A stretch of 64,000 nt of DNA. Origin: an uncultured Rivularia sp. (GTDB lineage Bacteria; Cyanobacteriota; Cyanobacteriia; Cyanobacteriales; Nostocaceae). The notes under the pieces are model-generated. The model worked only from the letters and a program-made list of their open reading frames with translations. It had not been told where the DNA came from and ran no database searches. A program made the translations under genes and the position numbers. The DNA is taken from contig OY762007.1 of NCBI GenBank assembly GCA_963665115.1, positions 4,672,001-4,736,000 of the forward strand, written 5' to 3'. Shown here in pieces: positions 31,687-42,296 of this stretch; positions within the stretch are counted from its first letter, which is position 1; each line of letters opens with the position of its first letter.

Positions 31687-31801
31687 TAGAATACAGCGAG
31701 CAAGATGTAGAATACAGCGAGCAAGATGTAGAATACAGCGAGCAAGATGTAGAATACAGCGAGCAAGATGTAGAATACAGCGAGCAAGATGCTCGCACTA
31801 C
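31687..31801. repeat. Five perfect tandem 21-bp units (tagaatacagcgagcaagatg) ending in a REP-like hairpin
   Basis: Units at 31687, 31708, 31729, 31750 and 31771, followed by ctcgcactac. Confidence 0.95.
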
Positions 31802-31862
31802 TAGAAAATTAGATTTTAGAAAACAATTCAGTACGCTTTATGTTCCCTCTCCTCTATTTCCT

Positions 31863-32183
31863 TTAATCCTTATCAACCAAATTAATTCGATAACCCAAAG
31901 CATCCAAAAATTCAACTAACTTAATAATTTCTGCACCACCAGTTTCAGCCAGTATTTTATCGAGTTGTTCGTAATATTGTTGCGCTGTTTCGGATAAATT
32001 ATCGCTGCGTTTTCTTGCTTCTACTACTTCTTCTAAAGCGGAACGAAAAATTTTAGCATCATAACCTTCTTCATCTAACTCCAACATTACCGCAATGTAA
32101 CCTTTCTCGTGTTCGGAATCTTTGAGAGAATTAATGAGAGATTCTCTATAACTAGTACTTGTCGCTGCTTTCACGTCTTTCAT
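31863..32183 (-). CDS. Addiction-module antidote-like / DNA-binding protein (orphan antitoxin)
   Basis: TSTSYRESLINSLKDSEHEKGYI...LDALGYRINL resembles cyanobacterial antidote proteins. Start is ATG 32183 or GTG 32174. Confidence 0.55.
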   Translation of the reverse strand: MKDVKAATSTSYRESLINSLKDSEHEKGYIAVMLELDEEGYDAKIFRSALEEVVEARKRSDNLSETAQQYYEQLDKILAETGGAEIIKLVEFLDALGYRINLVDKD

Positions 32184-32426
32184 AATTTTCCCAATATTCC
32201 TTAAAGGAGCAATCGTAAAAAATTTAACCATACCTTCAGATATTTTACCTGCTGCAAGATAACGCTCAAAGTCGTTCCTAATACGAGATAAATCTTCTTG
32301 TTCAAATTCTGTTAATGGTTCTAAAGTTAAATAATCGATAAACAAACCATTCGGCTGCTTTTGCAATTTCAACAGACGATGAACGTCATTTAAAAATAAA
32401 GCATTGGGTTCTACTATTATTGTCAT
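32152..32426 (-). pseudogene. Deletion scar: N-terminal fragment of an HsdR-N-like protein joined to the C-terminal tail of a RelE/HigB-like toxin
   Basis: MTIIVEPNAL...ISEGMVKFFTIAPL stops abruptly at about 32203. An alternative frame at 32202-32152 reads KEYWENYERRESSDKY*. Confidence 0.55.
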
Positions 32427-32696
32427 AGCTAATATTTTTAAATCATTATTACTATTACAGCTTAAAGTTGCTTCACGATGCTTTACTAACTTATAAATAA
32501 TAAAATTCTCCCCCTCTTCCCCTTCTACCCCCTCTTCCCCTTCTCTTTCTAAATGTATCAATGTGTGTCAGTTAACTTTGTCTTTCGCTAACTCCTTGCT
32601 ATCATGCGCCACAGATATGCTTAAGGAAAATCTAAAGTTTCTCGGACATTTATCAGTTAACAATAGACTGTAACTATAACGAATTGAATACACATC

Positions 32697-34667
32697 ATGG
32701 CTGAAGCAAATATAGAATCAATTCTCCAAGAGAAGCGTTTATTTCCCCCCAGTGCGGAATTTTCGCAAAATGCCCACATCAAAAGCGCAGAAGACTATCA
32801 GCGTCTCTACGACAAAGCAAAAGCTAACCCCGAAGCCTTCTGGGCTGAACTTGCCGAAAAGGAATTAGACTGGTTTCAAAAGTGGGACACTGTGTTAGAT
32901 TGGCAACCACCTTTTGCTAAATGGTTTGTTAACGGTAAGATTAATATTTCTCACAACTGCCTTGACAGACATCTCACTACTGCTAACAAAAATAAAGCCG
33001 CGATTGTTTGGGAAGGTGAACCGGGTGACTCGCGCACCATCACTTATGCACAGTTGCACCGCGAAGTTAGTCAGTTTGCCAATGCACTCAAACAACTTGG
33101 CGTAAAAAAAGGCGACACCGTAGGCATTTATATGCCGATGATTCCCGAAGCGGCGATCGCCATGTTAGCTTGTGCCAGAATCGGCGCTCCGCATAATGTT
33201 GTATTTGGTGGTTTCAGTGCGGAAGCTTTACGAGACAGGCTCAATGATGCCAAAGCGAAGGTGGTAATTACTGCCGATGGTGGCTTTCGTAAGGATTCAA
33301 TTGTCCCTCTCAAGCCCCAAGTTGACAAGGCATTAGAAAATAACGCGGCTCCTTCTGTAGAAAATGTTTTGGTGGTGCAGCGTACCAAGCAAGATGTTGA
33401 AATGCAGTCGGGAAGGGATTATTGGTGGCACGATTTGCTTCATGAAGTTTCTGCTGATTGTCCGGCTGAACCAATGGATGCTGAAGATGTACTGTTTGTT
33501 TTATACACTTCCGGCAGCACGGGCAAACCCAAGGGTGTCGTCCACACAACTGGTGGCTACAACCTTTATAGCCACATGACCACCAAATGGATCTTCGATT
33601 TACAAGATACAGATGTATATTGGTGTACTGCTGACGTAGGTTGGATTACTGGACATAGCTATATCGTTTACGGGCCGCTTTCCAACGGTGCAACCACGGT
33701 AATGTACGAAGGTGCGCCTCGTAAATCGAATCCTGGCTGTTTTTGGGATGTGGTGGAAAAATATGGCGTAACAATATTCTACACCGCACCTACAGCAATT
33801 CGCGCCTTTATCAAAATGGGTGACGAGCATCCCAAAGCACGGGATTTATCATCTTTGCGATTGTTGGGAACTGTGGGAGAACCAATTAATCCGGAAGCTT
33901 GGATGTGGTATCACCTGGTAATCGGTGGCGAAAAATGTCCCATCGTCGATACTTGGTGGCAAACGGAAACTGGTGGAGTGATGATTACACCTTTACCCGG
34001 CGCGATTCCTACCAAACCCGGTTCCGCAACTCGTCCTTTCCCAGGTATCCTTGCAGATATCGTCGATTTAGATGGCAATGCGGTTGAAAATAACGAAGGT
34101 GGATATCTCGTAGTTCGTCATCCGTGGCCCGGTATGATGAGAACAGTATACGGCGATCCGGACCGCTTCCGCCGCACCTATTGGGAACATATAGCGCCCA
34201 AAGACGGTAAATATCTCTACTTTGCTGGCGATGGTGCGAGGAAAGATGAAGATGGTTATTTCTGGGTAATGGGACGGGTAGACGACGTATTGAATATATC
34301 CGGTCATCGCCTGGGTACTATGGAAGTTGAATCCGCCCTTGTTTCCCATCCGTCAGTTGCAGAAGCTGCTGTGGTGGGTAAACCAGATGAAATTAAGGGC
34401 GAAGAAATAGTAGCATTTGTGACCTTAGAAGGCGATCGCGAAGCTAGTGAAGAATTAAACAAAGAACTGAAAAAGCACGTTGTTGGAGAAATCGGTGCGA
34501 TCGCCCGCCCTGGTGAAATTCGTTTTACCGACTCTTTACCCAAAACTCGCTCTGGTAAGATTATGCGGCGATTGTTAAGGAATCTTGCAGCAGGGCAGGA
34601 GGTATCTGGAGATACTTCGACGTTGGAAGATATCAGCGTCTTGGATAAATTGCGAGAAGGAGCATAG
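32697..34667 (+). CDS. acs: Acetyl-CoA synthetase
   Basis: [46 protein letters not shown]. Confidence 0.98.
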   Translation: MAEANIESILQEKRLFPPSAEFSQNAHIKSAEDYQRLYDKAKANPEAFWAELAEKELDWFQKWDTVLDWQPPFAKWFVNGKINISHNCLDRHLTTANKNKAAIVWEGEPGDSRTITYAQLHREVSQFANALKQLGVKKGDTVGIYMPMIPEAAIAMLACARIGAPHNVVFGGFSAEALRDRLNDAKAKVVITADGGFRKDSIVPLKPQVDKALENNAAPSVENVLVVQRTKQDVEMQSGRDYWWHDLLHEVSADCPAEPMDAEDVLFVLYTSGSTGKPKGVVHTTGGYNLYSHMTTKWIFDLQDTDVYWCTADVGWITGHSYIVYGPLSNGATTVMYEGAPRKSNPGCFWDVVEKYGVTIFYTAPTAIRAFIKMGDEHPKARDLSSLRLLGTVGEPINPEAWMWYHLVIGGEKCPIVDTWWQTETGGVMITPLPGAIPTKPGSATRPFPGILADIVDLDGNAVENNEGGYLVVRHPWPGMMRTVYGDPDRFRRTYWEHIAPKDGKYLYFAGDGARKDEDGYFWVMGRVDDVLNISGHRLGTMEVESALVSHPSVAEAAVVGKPDEIKGEEIVAFVTLEGDREASEELNKELKKHVVGEIGAIARPGEIRFTDSLPKTRSGKIMRRLLRNLAAGQEVSGDTSTLEDISVLDKLREGA

Positions 34668-34674
34668 CAATTTT

Positions 34675-34809
34675 GGCGTTGCTGAATAGAAATATGAAAA
34701 TGTGATTTCACATTGAAAGAGACGTAGCAGTGCGCCCCGTCTCTACAGAGGTTTTATATTTAATACAAAATGTAAGCAAACATAATTCATTACTCAATTC
34801 AGCAACGCC
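34675..34809. mobile_element. MITE-like element, ggcgttgctgaat TIRs, 8-bp target duplication, enclosing a REP-like hairpin
   Basis: 13-bp perfect TIR. Flanks gcaatttt (34667-34674) and gcaattta (34810-34817). Confidence 0.8.
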
Positions 34810-34919
34810 GCAATTTAGAATTTAGATTTTAACAACGGATGCTTTTGCTTTAGATTTTGGATTAATTGATTGTGGGGTAGGCATCCTTGCCTGCCTTTAT
34901 TTAATGGCAAAACAAATCA

Positions 34920-35197
34920 ATGAAAGAGGAATTTATTCTTGAAAAGAAAATAGTAAGAGTAATTTTTCATTTAAATAATGGATATACACAAGTAATTTGG
35001 CAAGACTCAGAAAATACAGCATGGGCTGGTACGGGATGGATGTTTGATATTCCCACTCATGTGATACCATTTGATTTACGTATAATTGGCTCTTATTTTT
35101 TCTTGTCTATAAAAAGTTTGATGTTGATAATTTGGAAGATATTGAATATATCCGAAATACTTGTATTGACATTTTTAACATAGAAAGATTTAAATAG
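34920..35197 (+). CDS. Hypothetical protein, possibly frameshifted in the T run near 35096-35101
   Basis: ORF 34920..35183. An alternative frame after the T run (LVYKKFDVDNLEDIEYIRNTCIDIFNIERFK*) looks more protein-like. Confidence 0.45.
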
Positions 35198-35293
35198 ATT
35201 TTCCAGCTTCTTCACGCAGAGTTTTTTGGTATCATATATAATTCTTGCGAGAATCGAAGCGATATTACTTGTTGTACTGGGGGATTGATACAG

Positions 35294-35788
35294 ATGGCGA
35301 ATGAATTAGAACAATCAGTAAAAGATATTTTCGTGGCTTTGATGACGGAAGCTCATTCAGATGATGGGGCTATTTTTAACGTTCGATTTTTAGATGATGA
35401 TATATTGCCTCATGTAGATTGTGTTGTGGAGTTACTTGGGCAAAAAGATTATCTTCCTTTTTGTTTCATACAGTTGAAAAGCACAAAAACGGGATATACG
35501 AAAAAAGATAAACGTTTGAAAGTTAAATTTTCTCAAGAATCTATAACTGGTTTATCTTTATATCCCGCACCTACTTATATAGTTGGTATTGATGAGAAAG
35601 AGGAAACTGGTTATCTTGTTTCTGCAAATGGTGACGATTTGAGTTCAATGGCGAGCATTCCTACAGATTTTCCAATCAATCCACCCAACCGAGGAAATCT
35701 TTGGAATGAAGTAAATGACTTTTGGTTCAAATCAAGAAAAATCAAGTTTAATTCAAAGTTCGTTGAGAGTGTGGAAGAGAAGGAATAA
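35294..35788 (+). CDS. DUF4365-like PD-(D/E)XK restriction-endonuclease-fold protein
   Basis: VD...FIQLKST motif, PAPTYIVGIDE. Confidence 0.6.
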   Translation: MANELEQSVKDIFVALMTEAHSDDGAIFNVRFLDDDILPHVDCVVELLGQKDYLPFCFIQLKSTKTGYTKKDKRLKVKFSQESITGLSLYPAPTYIVGIDEKEETGYLVSANGDDLSSMASIPTDFPINPPNRGNLWNEVNDFWFKSRKIKFNSKFVESVEEKE

Positions 35789-35838
35789 TTGGCGTAATTG
35801 CTAAGTTTTTACTTCTGTAAGAGAATAGTTGAAACTCT

Positions 35839-35982
35839 TTATAAACTATCGGGGTCAATATTCAATTCCCTAAGTTTATCCGCAAATTTTTGTGCTTTTT
35901 TCTCAGCTTCTTGTCTTGCAACTGATTGCTCTTTAGGATACTTAATTGGTGCAATCGGGTAATATTCTATAATAGTTGTCAC
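35839..35982 (-). pseudogene. Internally deleted Uma2-family gene (47-aa mini-ORF)
   Basis: GAGG SD plus GTG. VTTIIEYYPIAPIKYP is joined directly to the Uma2-type tail ARQEAEKKAQKFADKLRELNIDPDSL*. Confidence 0.65.
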
Positions 35983-36212
35983 AGATAATTCCTCAAATTT
36001 GCTCTTATTTAACCGATCTCTTTTACCTAAAAAGTAAATAGTTATGAAATTAGAACCGAAAATTATCAGATACTATAACAATTATACTTATTGATAATTT
36101 TAATAGACTTATACTGCCAAACTGAAGATTTATTTATAAGTAGATGAATTATTTTTTAATTTTGATTTACTTAGAAGCATTACAATATTAGATATATGTT
36201 CTACTTCCAGCT

Positions 36213-36965
36213 ATGACTACTCTGTCATCACTCACTTTACCAGACCATACTCAATTACCTGAATCCGATGGAAGTTTTGTGAAAAATTGGCAAGAACACC
36301 CTCAAAGCATCTTACTTACCGATTCAATTGAGCCAATTTTAGAACAATTACATCCTAACAGTAACTTTTGTATCGGACAAGATTTAGGTATTTATTGGCG
36401 CTTAACTGAACCACCAGAAAAAGGTGCAGAAGCTCCAGATTGGTTTTACGTACCTAATGTACGGCCGACTCTTGATGGCAAAACGCGACGTTCTTATGTA
36501 TTGTGGAAAGAATATGTTGCGCCGTTAATTGTAATTGAATTTGTGTCGGGAGACGTTAGCGAGGAACGAGATAAAACCCCACCATCTCAAGGAGAAAAAG
36601 TAGGTAAATTTTGGGTTTACGAGCAAGCAATTCGAGTTCCTTATTATGCAATTTATGAAGTTGTAAAAGAACAAGTTGAAGTCTATCATTTAGTAGATAA
36701 TACTTATCAAATACTCGCACCCAACGAACGAGGACATTATCCGATTACACCAATGGGTGTAGAATTAGGAATTTGGTCGGGTTTATATCAAAATGCCGAA
36801 TTACCTTGGTTGCGCTGGTGGGATGCGGAAGGTAATTTATTATTAACAGGTGATGAAAGAGCAAAAATTGAACGAGACAAACGAGAAAGACTTGTAGATA
36901 AACTCCGTAATCTTTCTCCCCAACAGCTTCAAGATTTAGGGATTGATGCAGAAATGTTGGAATAA
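36213..36965 (+). CDS. Uma2 family endonuclease
   Basis: LPESDG, APDWFYVP, VIEFVS, KFWVYEQ, WLRWWD.EGNLL. Confidence 0.92.
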   Translation: MTTLSSLTLPDHTQLPESDGSFVKNWQEHPQSILLTDSIEPILEQLHPNSNFCIGQDLGIYWRLTEPPEKGAEAPDWFYVPNVRPTLDGKTRRSYVLWKEYVAPLIVIEFVSGDVSEERDKTPPSQGEKVGKFWVYEQAIRVPYYAIYEVVKEQVEVYHLVDNTYQILAPNERGHYPITPMGVELGIWSGLYQNAELPWLRWWDAEGNLLLTGDERAKIERDKRERLVDKLRNLSPQQLQDLGIDAEMLE

Positions 36966-37079
36966 GAGTTAGGAATTAGCAGTTATTTAATTAAACTTTG
37001 ATAACTGCTTACTGGTTACTGTAAACTTTGCCACATCTTCGAGAGGGGCTATCTTCCCCAAAAGTCAAAATTATAGTAA

Positions 37080-37592
37080 TTAGCAGCCACCATAATAATT
37101 GCAATAGCAGGAATCGATGTGGGTATTTAAATGGATTAAGGTAGCCCAGGCATTCGGACCAACTATACCGTCGGCAAGCAAAGAATAATCATTTTGAAAA
37201 GCTTTAACAGCTATCTCCATACTGCTATCAAAACGTCCATTTATTGCACCATGATAAAAGCTGTAATCTTTCAGAGTTTGCTGTAATAACTTAACTGTAT
37301 TTCCCGTACTATTTTGTCCTAAAACAGGCAAGCTTTTCACCCCATCACAGATAAAGTTCCAAGTAGCTGCATCTGTAATTCCTGTTGTATCTAAGAAAGC
37401 CAAACATTGAAGATATTTAACCGCAAGTTCAGTTTGCGAACCATAAATACCATCAACATCTATTTGAAAAGCAGAAGTATAAATAGATGCAAATCTTTGT
37501 TGCAAGCGTTTTTGCATCTCCTTCACATCTTGCCCGCGATCGCCAATTCTCAAAGTAGGTTTAAAAGTAGGACAATCAACTGCATTAGTCAT
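37080..37592 (-). CDS. Peptidoglycan-binding domain protein (two PG_binding_1-like repeats)
   Basis: LRIGDRGQDVKEMQ..L, VDGIYG, AVKAFQ...L.ADGIVGP. Confidence 0.88.
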   Translation of the reverse strand: MTNAVDCPTFKPTLRIGDRGQDVKEMQKRLQQRFASIYTSAFQIDVDGIYGSQTELAVKYLQCLAFLDTTGITDAATWNFICDGVKSLPVLGQNSTGNTVKLLQQTLKDYSFYHGAINGRFDSSMEIAVKAFQNDYSLLADGIVGPNAWATLIHLNTHIDSCYCNYYGGC

Positions 37593-37815
37593 AAATTAAT
37601 TTCTCTATATTGAAAGTTTATTACGTTATTTAACTTCCATTACTACATCTAGTATTCCGAATAAAAATAAGTACCCTTGGGGGTGATATTTTTTAGATAA
37701 AGAGAAAAATAAAAAACGAGGTAAATCTAGAATATTCTAGAACTACCCCGCTTTATATTAGTTATTAGTTAAAGAAGACGTAGCATTACTACGTCTCTAC
37801 AATTCCTAACTTAAA

Positions 37816-39663
37816 TTAAGCAAACGCTGCTGTTTTCACATCATTGCTTGCTAATAAGTCTTGCAATTCTTCAGCGTCTACGGTTTCTTTATCAATTAAC
37901 ATTTCTGCTAATTTATCAAGAATTTGACGGTTGTCTTGTAATACTTGTTTAGCGCGGTTGTAAGCAACGTCAACTAAATCGCGGACTTCAGTATCAATGG
38001 TAGCTGCGGTTTCTTCGGAGAAGTCGCGTTCTGACATGATGTCACGACCAAGGAACATATTACCTTGCTGACGACCGAGCGCAACTGGCCCAAGGTTATC
38101 GCTCATACCGAAGCGAGTTACCATTTGACGAGCTACATTGGCTACTTGCTGTAAGTCATTGGAAGCACCAGTGGTAACTTCTTCTTGACCGTAAATTAAT
38201 TCTTCAGAAATACGTCCACCCAAAGCTACAGCCATCTGGTTTTCCAGATAAGAGCGACTGTACAAACCACTGTCCATGCGGTCTTCGCTAGGAGTAAACC
38301 AGGTTAAACCACCGGCACGTCCGCGAGGAATAATGCTGATTTTTTGTACTGGATCGTAATCGGGCATTAAAGCACCAACTAAAGCGTGACCAGCTTCGTG
38401 GTATGCTACCAATTCTTTGCGTTTTTCGCTCATTACCCGGTCTTTCTTTTCGGGACCAGCTAATACGCGGTCGATCGCATCGTTGATTTCGTCCATCGAA
38501 ATCTCTGTCAAGTTGCGTCGTGCTGCTAAAATCGCGGCTTCGTTCAGCAGGTTGGATAAATCCGCACCTGTAAAACCAGGAGTACGACGAGCAATTCTAT
38601 CTAAGTCAACATCTTTTCCTAAAGTCTTACCGCGAGCGTGAACTTTAAGAATTTCCACTCTTCCTGCGTAATCTGGACGGTCAACTACTACCTGACGGTC
38701 AAAACGTCCGGGACGTAATAATGCTGCATCGAGTACGTCTGGACGGTTTGTAGCAGCAATAATGATGATTCCGGTGTTACCTTCAAAACCATCCATTTCG
38801 GTAAGTAACTGGTTAAGGGTTTGTTCCCTTTCGTCGTTACCACCACCTAAACCTGCACCACGCTGACGACCTACCGCGTCAATTTCATCGATAAATACGA
38901 TACAAGGAGCATTGGCTTTAGCTTGCTCGAATAAATCGCGAACGCGGGAAGCACCCACACCCACAAACATTTCTACGAATTCAGAACCGGAGATGGAGAA
39001 GAAAGGAACTCCAGCTTCACCAGCTACCGCACGAGCCAACAAGGTTTTACCTGTTCCGGGAGGCCCTACTAAAAGTACACCTTTAGGAATTTTCGCACCA
39101 ACAGCAGTAAAGCGATCGGCGTTTTTCAGAAAGTCTACGACTTCGTTTAACTCAAGCTTGGCTTGATCGATGCCAGCAACATCACCGAATGTTACCTGGG
39201 TTTGCGGTTCCATTTGCACTCTGGCTTTTGACTTCCCAAAGTTCATGGCTTGGCTGCCGGGGCCGCTTTGAGCGCGACGTAGCAAAAAGAACAAACCAAC
39301 TAAAAGTAATATAGGGAAAAATAGACTGCTGAGTGCCTTAAACCAAAAACCTTCATCGGTTTGAGGCATTACAGAAATATCAACGTTGTTTTTGGTAAGA
39401 GTATTAATTAAATCCGGATCGTTTACCAAAGTGACATCTTTTTTATTCTCTTCGTTAGTCGTAGTTACCCTAGCAATAGAGCGATCCGAACTCAAACTAA
39501 CTTTTTGTACTTCGCCTTTTTCAACTTTTTGGATAAACTCACTGTAGCGCCATGTTTCGCGATTTTGCGCTTGACTGTTATCAAATAATGCTGTTCCTAA
39601 AGCGATAACAACAATAAAAAGCAGCGCATACAGCCCCGCGTTTCTCCATCTTTTATTATTCAC
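37816..39663 (-). CDS. ftsH3: ATP-dependent zinc metalloprotease FtsH (FtsH3 type)
   Basis: [13 protein letters not shown]-terminus, [37 protein letters not shown] 39663 is well spaced from AGGAGG. Confidence 0.95.
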   Translation of the reverse strand: MNNKRWRNAGLYALLFIVVIALGTALFDNSQAQNRETWRYSEFIQKVEKGEVQKVSLSSDRSIARVTTTNEENKKDVTLVNDPDLINTLTKNNVDISVMPQTDEGFWFKALSSLFFPILLLVGLFFLLRRAQSGPGSQAMNFGKSKARVQMEPQTQVTFGDVAGIDQAKLELNEVVDFLKNADRFTAVGAKIPKGVLLVGPPGTGKTLLARAVAGEAGVPFFSISGSEFVEMFVGVGASRVRDLFEQAKANAPCIVFIDEIDAVGRQRGAGLGGGNDEREQTLNQLLTEMDGFEGNTGIIIIAATNRPDVLDAALLRPGRFDRQVVVDRPDYAGRVEILKVHARGKTLGKDVDLDRIARRTPGFTGADLSNLLNEAAILAARRNLTEISMDEINDAIDRVLAGPEKKDRVMSEKRKELVAYHEAGHALVGALMPDYDPVQKISIIPRGRAGGLTWFTPSEDRMDSGLYSRSYLENQMAVALGGRISEELIYGQEEVTTGASNDLQQVANVARQMVTRFGMSDNLGPVALGRQQGNMFLGRDIMSERDFSEETAATIDTEVRDLVDVAYNRAKQVLQDNRQILDKLAEMLIDKETVDAEELQDLLASNDVKTAAFA

Positions 39664-39766
39664 CGAGGTCAATCCTCCTGTTGGTTTTCGTGTCGCGTCT
39701 CTAAAAGAGATTGAAATTTTAAGAATTATGTTAACTTATCTTAACGTATACCAGAATGCGTACACA

Positions 39767-40558
39767 TCATGCTAGTAAATATCTTCGTAATTCCTTAAAA
39801 CTATGGTGGCTAGGATCGTATTGTAGCTTCAGCACGGGGTGTATGACTTGATGTATTGGTAGTATTTCCACTACACAATTAGTGCAGGCTAGCGCTGCAA
39901 ATCCTTGAACTAATTCTGGGGTAAAGGGTTCTTCTTCAACTTGAGATTGATTACTTCGCAACATATTTATAATTTTTTCTCTCATAATTCCTGGTAAGAT
40001 TCCCGTACTTAATGGGGGAGTAAACCAACAGCGATCGCGCCATCCCCAAAGATTACCAGTAGTCGTTTCTAACCAATTTTGGGCAATGTCAGTTAATATC
40101 GCTTCTTGGGTATCTTGTTTTAAAGCATTTTTTTTCGCCAACCAAGGAGCTAAATAATTTCCCGTTTTGTAAAAAGGTAAACTGCGGTATTGTTCTGTTT
40201 CGGCAATAGTTACGCTAATTCCATTTTTTTGCTTTCTTGTCAAATCATCGGGTATTAACCTACCAATTATCCACTCCCTGCCATCGGGGAACAGGGTAAT
40301 TCTCAGAATCGGATAACTATTTATGAGAATTTCTGCACCACGACGGATATTTTGCCATGATGGTTGTTGAAAATTAAGGTTTTCTACAGAAGAAAGCAAC
40401 CGTTGTTGATGAGCTTCCCAGTGAGTTAAACGGCTATCGAGGGAGTTATCGTAAATCCGCAGAGTTGTAAAAATTGTTGCACCAAATAATAATCCCGGTT
40501 CGTTAATTGGTAATTGGATAGTTTCAGATTCAATTAATTCGCCATCGTACCAATACAT
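39767..40558 (-). CDS. Aminotransferase class IV (aminodeoxychorismate lyase-like)
   Basis: GLLFGATIFTTLR, KTGNY, ETTTGN, GILPGIMR. Confidence 0.88.
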   Translation of the reverse strand: MYWYDGELIESETIQLPINEPGLLFGATIFTTLRIYDNSLDSRLTHWEAHQQRLLSSVENLNFQQPSWQNIRRGAEILINSYPILRITLFPDGREWIIGRLIPDDLTRKQKNGISVTIAETEQYRSLPFYKTGNYLAPWLAKKNALKQDTQEAILTDIAQNWLETTTGNLWGWRDRCWFTPPLSTGILPGIMREKIINMLRSNQSQVEEEPFTPELVQGFAALACTNCVVEILPIHQVIHPVLKLQYDPSHHSFKELRRYLLA

Positions 40559-40601
40559 ATTTAGTTGATAGTTGTTAGTTGATAGTTGATAGTTATGATC
40601 T

Positions 40602-41159
40602 TTAACTTTTAACCTTATTCTGATTCATATACTTATAAATAGCGGCAATATTCCGAGCATCATCAATACCGCGATGGTGGGTACCTTGTAACTGTAATCC
40701 TAAATAATTTAAAGCCTTTGTCATCCCGAAGCTTTTTTTAGGATTTCCAAAATATATAGAAAATTCCTTTTTGATATTTCGATGTTCCGCACCAAAAGGA
40801 TAAGCTAAATTATGAAATTTACAATCTTGAATAAATTGTGTTTTATCGTAATTTCCCCAAGAACAAAAAGTATTTTTAGGATACGAATCAATCCATTGTT
40901 TAAACAGAGGAATCACATCTGTAAAACTTGCTGCTGTATCAACATCTTGCTGAGTAATAGTCGTTAATTCGGTGCAAAAATTAGTTAATATTGGATGTCT
41001 TACTGGTTTGATAAACTGCTGATACTCTGAATCAATTTTCCAAGTAGAACGATTCAACATTACCGCACCAATTTCAATGATTTCCATTTCCTCGCGGAAA
41101 ATACTACCATCATCACAACAGGTTGCTTCTAAATCTACAATCAAAAAATAGCTGGACAT
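40602..41159 (-). CDS. DEDDh 3'-5' exonuclease (ERI1/KapD-like)
   Basis: VDLEATC, EIIEIGAV, SWGNYD, HHRGIDDARN. Confidence 0.9.
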   Translation of the reverse strand: MSSYFLIVDLEATCCDDGSIFREEMEIIEIGAVMLNRSTWKIDSEYQQFIKPVRHPILTNFCTELTTITQQDVDTAASFTDVIPLFKQWIDSYPKNTFCSWGNYDKTQFIQDCKFHNLAYPFGAEHRNIKKEFSIYFGNPKKSFGMTKALNYLGLQLQGTHHRGIDDARNIAAIYKYMNQNKVKS

Positions 41160-41166
41160 TTAACAG

Positions 41167-41340
41167 TTATCAATTATCAATTATCAATTATCAATTATCA
41201 GTTAACAATTATCTACTCACTACTCCCTACTCCCTACTCCCTACTTACTACTCCCTACTCCCTACTTCCTACTCCCTACTCCCTACTTCCTACTTCCTAC
41301 TCCCTACTCCCTACTTACTACTCCCTACTCCCTACTCCCT
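41167..41340. repeat. STRR heptamer tracts (ttatcaa)n and (ctcccta)n; similar tracts near 5192, 13085, 26940, 47392, 60230
   Basis: Direct tandem 7-mers, typical of filamentous cyanobacteria. Confidence 0.9.
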
Positions 41341-41795
41341 TGAAAAGCTTTAACCCAGCCAAATTTGATGGCGCGATCGAGAATTAAAGCTGCCATAGCA
41401 AACCCCAGAATACTTTCTGATGTAAGTACTATTAAAGGAAAAATTGAGGTAGAAAAATTTAGTCCGATATCTACTTGAGCTAAACCGCGTACTAATCCAA
41501 AAGCAAATACGCCTCCTTCTTTCAAATGAGGATTTTTATCTTCACGGATAATGTAGCGATAGGTAGCACCAAATAGAAAACCAGAAAAACCGGCAATTAT
41601 AGCGCTTATCAACAATTGCCAATTAAGCGTAATTATACTGTCACTATATAGTTCTATAAAATACTCTTTCAATAGAAATTGATTAAAAATAGAACTCGGA
41701 ATAAATACCAAAGAAAACGATACGGCAGATACAATCCCAGCCTTGAGGGATTCCAAACGCTCCGCCATTAAATTCGGGTTATAAGTTTCTTTCAT
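41325..41795 (-). CDS. Conserved cyanobacterial membrane protein
   Basis: ERLESLKAG, LFGATYRYIIR.D.NPHLK.G..AFGLVRGL, TM segments. Confidence 0.75.
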   Translation of the reverse strand: MKETYNPNLMAERLESLKAGIVSAVSFSLVFIPSSIFNQFLLKEYFIELYSDSIITLNWQLLISAIIAGFSGFLFGATYRYIIREDKNPHLKEGGVFAFGLVRGLAQVDIGLNFSTSIFPLIVLTSESILGFAMAALILDRAIKFGWVKAFQGSRE

Positions 41796-41912
41796 TACAA
41801 TGCCCCATACCTAATGCCCCATCCCCCAAGCCCTATTTCCTATTCCAACTAGTAACTGATGATTGTATGATAAATATGGAGTTGTTAAGACAGGAAGTTT
41901 AAAAGTAGTATC

Positions 41913-42002
41913 ATGGCGATTTTGACTTTAGGCTGGGTTTCTCTATTGGTAGTTTTTACTTGGTCGATTTCGATGGTAGTTTGGGGTCGTAACGGGCTAT
42001 AA
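41913..42002 (+). CDS. petN: Cytochrome b6f subunit VIII (not in ORF track)
   Basis: [29 protein letters not shown]. Confidence 0.97.
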   Translation: MAILTLGWVSLLVVFTWSISMVVWGRNGL

Positions 42003-42009
42003 AATTATC

Positions 42010-42171
42010 GTGGAAGGTCCTTTTCTCAACATTTTGGCAATATCTGCCTTAGTATTACTCGTAGCTGTTACAGGTGGCGTAATTTATTTGACTTTGATGG
42101 AATGGCGCGATCGCCGTCTTCGAGAACAAGAAAAACGCGAAATGCGCCGCAGTACAACGAAACAGCGATAA
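42010..42171 (+). CDS. Small single-TM hypothetical protein downstream of petN (53 aa)
   Basis: VEGPFLNILAISALVLLVAVTGGVIYLTLMEWRDRRLREQEKREMRRSTTKQR*, starting 7 nt after the petN stop. Confidence 0.7.
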   Translation: MEGPFLNILAISALVLLVAVTGGVIYLTLMEWRDRRLREQEKREMRRSTTKQR

Positions 42172-42296
42172 TTTCACAGGTAATAGACGCTATCCTCCGA
42201 AAATCCCTCATATCAGAATGTAGAGACGTAGCATCGCTACGTCTTCTAAATTTTAGATTAAAACAGTCACAAGTTAATTTTTCTCCCCATCCCCCA

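Noticed and set aside
31687..31791. Possible CRISPR array
   Set aside because: Units are contiguous with no spacers and no cas genes are present. It is a tandem amplification of a REP half.
32895..34711. Multiple alternative-frame ORFs within acs (likewise within ftsH, pntA, mnmE and the dynamin-like gene)
   Set aside because: Shadow ORFs overlapping strongly supported genes.
41123..41353. 76-aa ORF
   Set aside because: Translation of STRR heptamer tracts.
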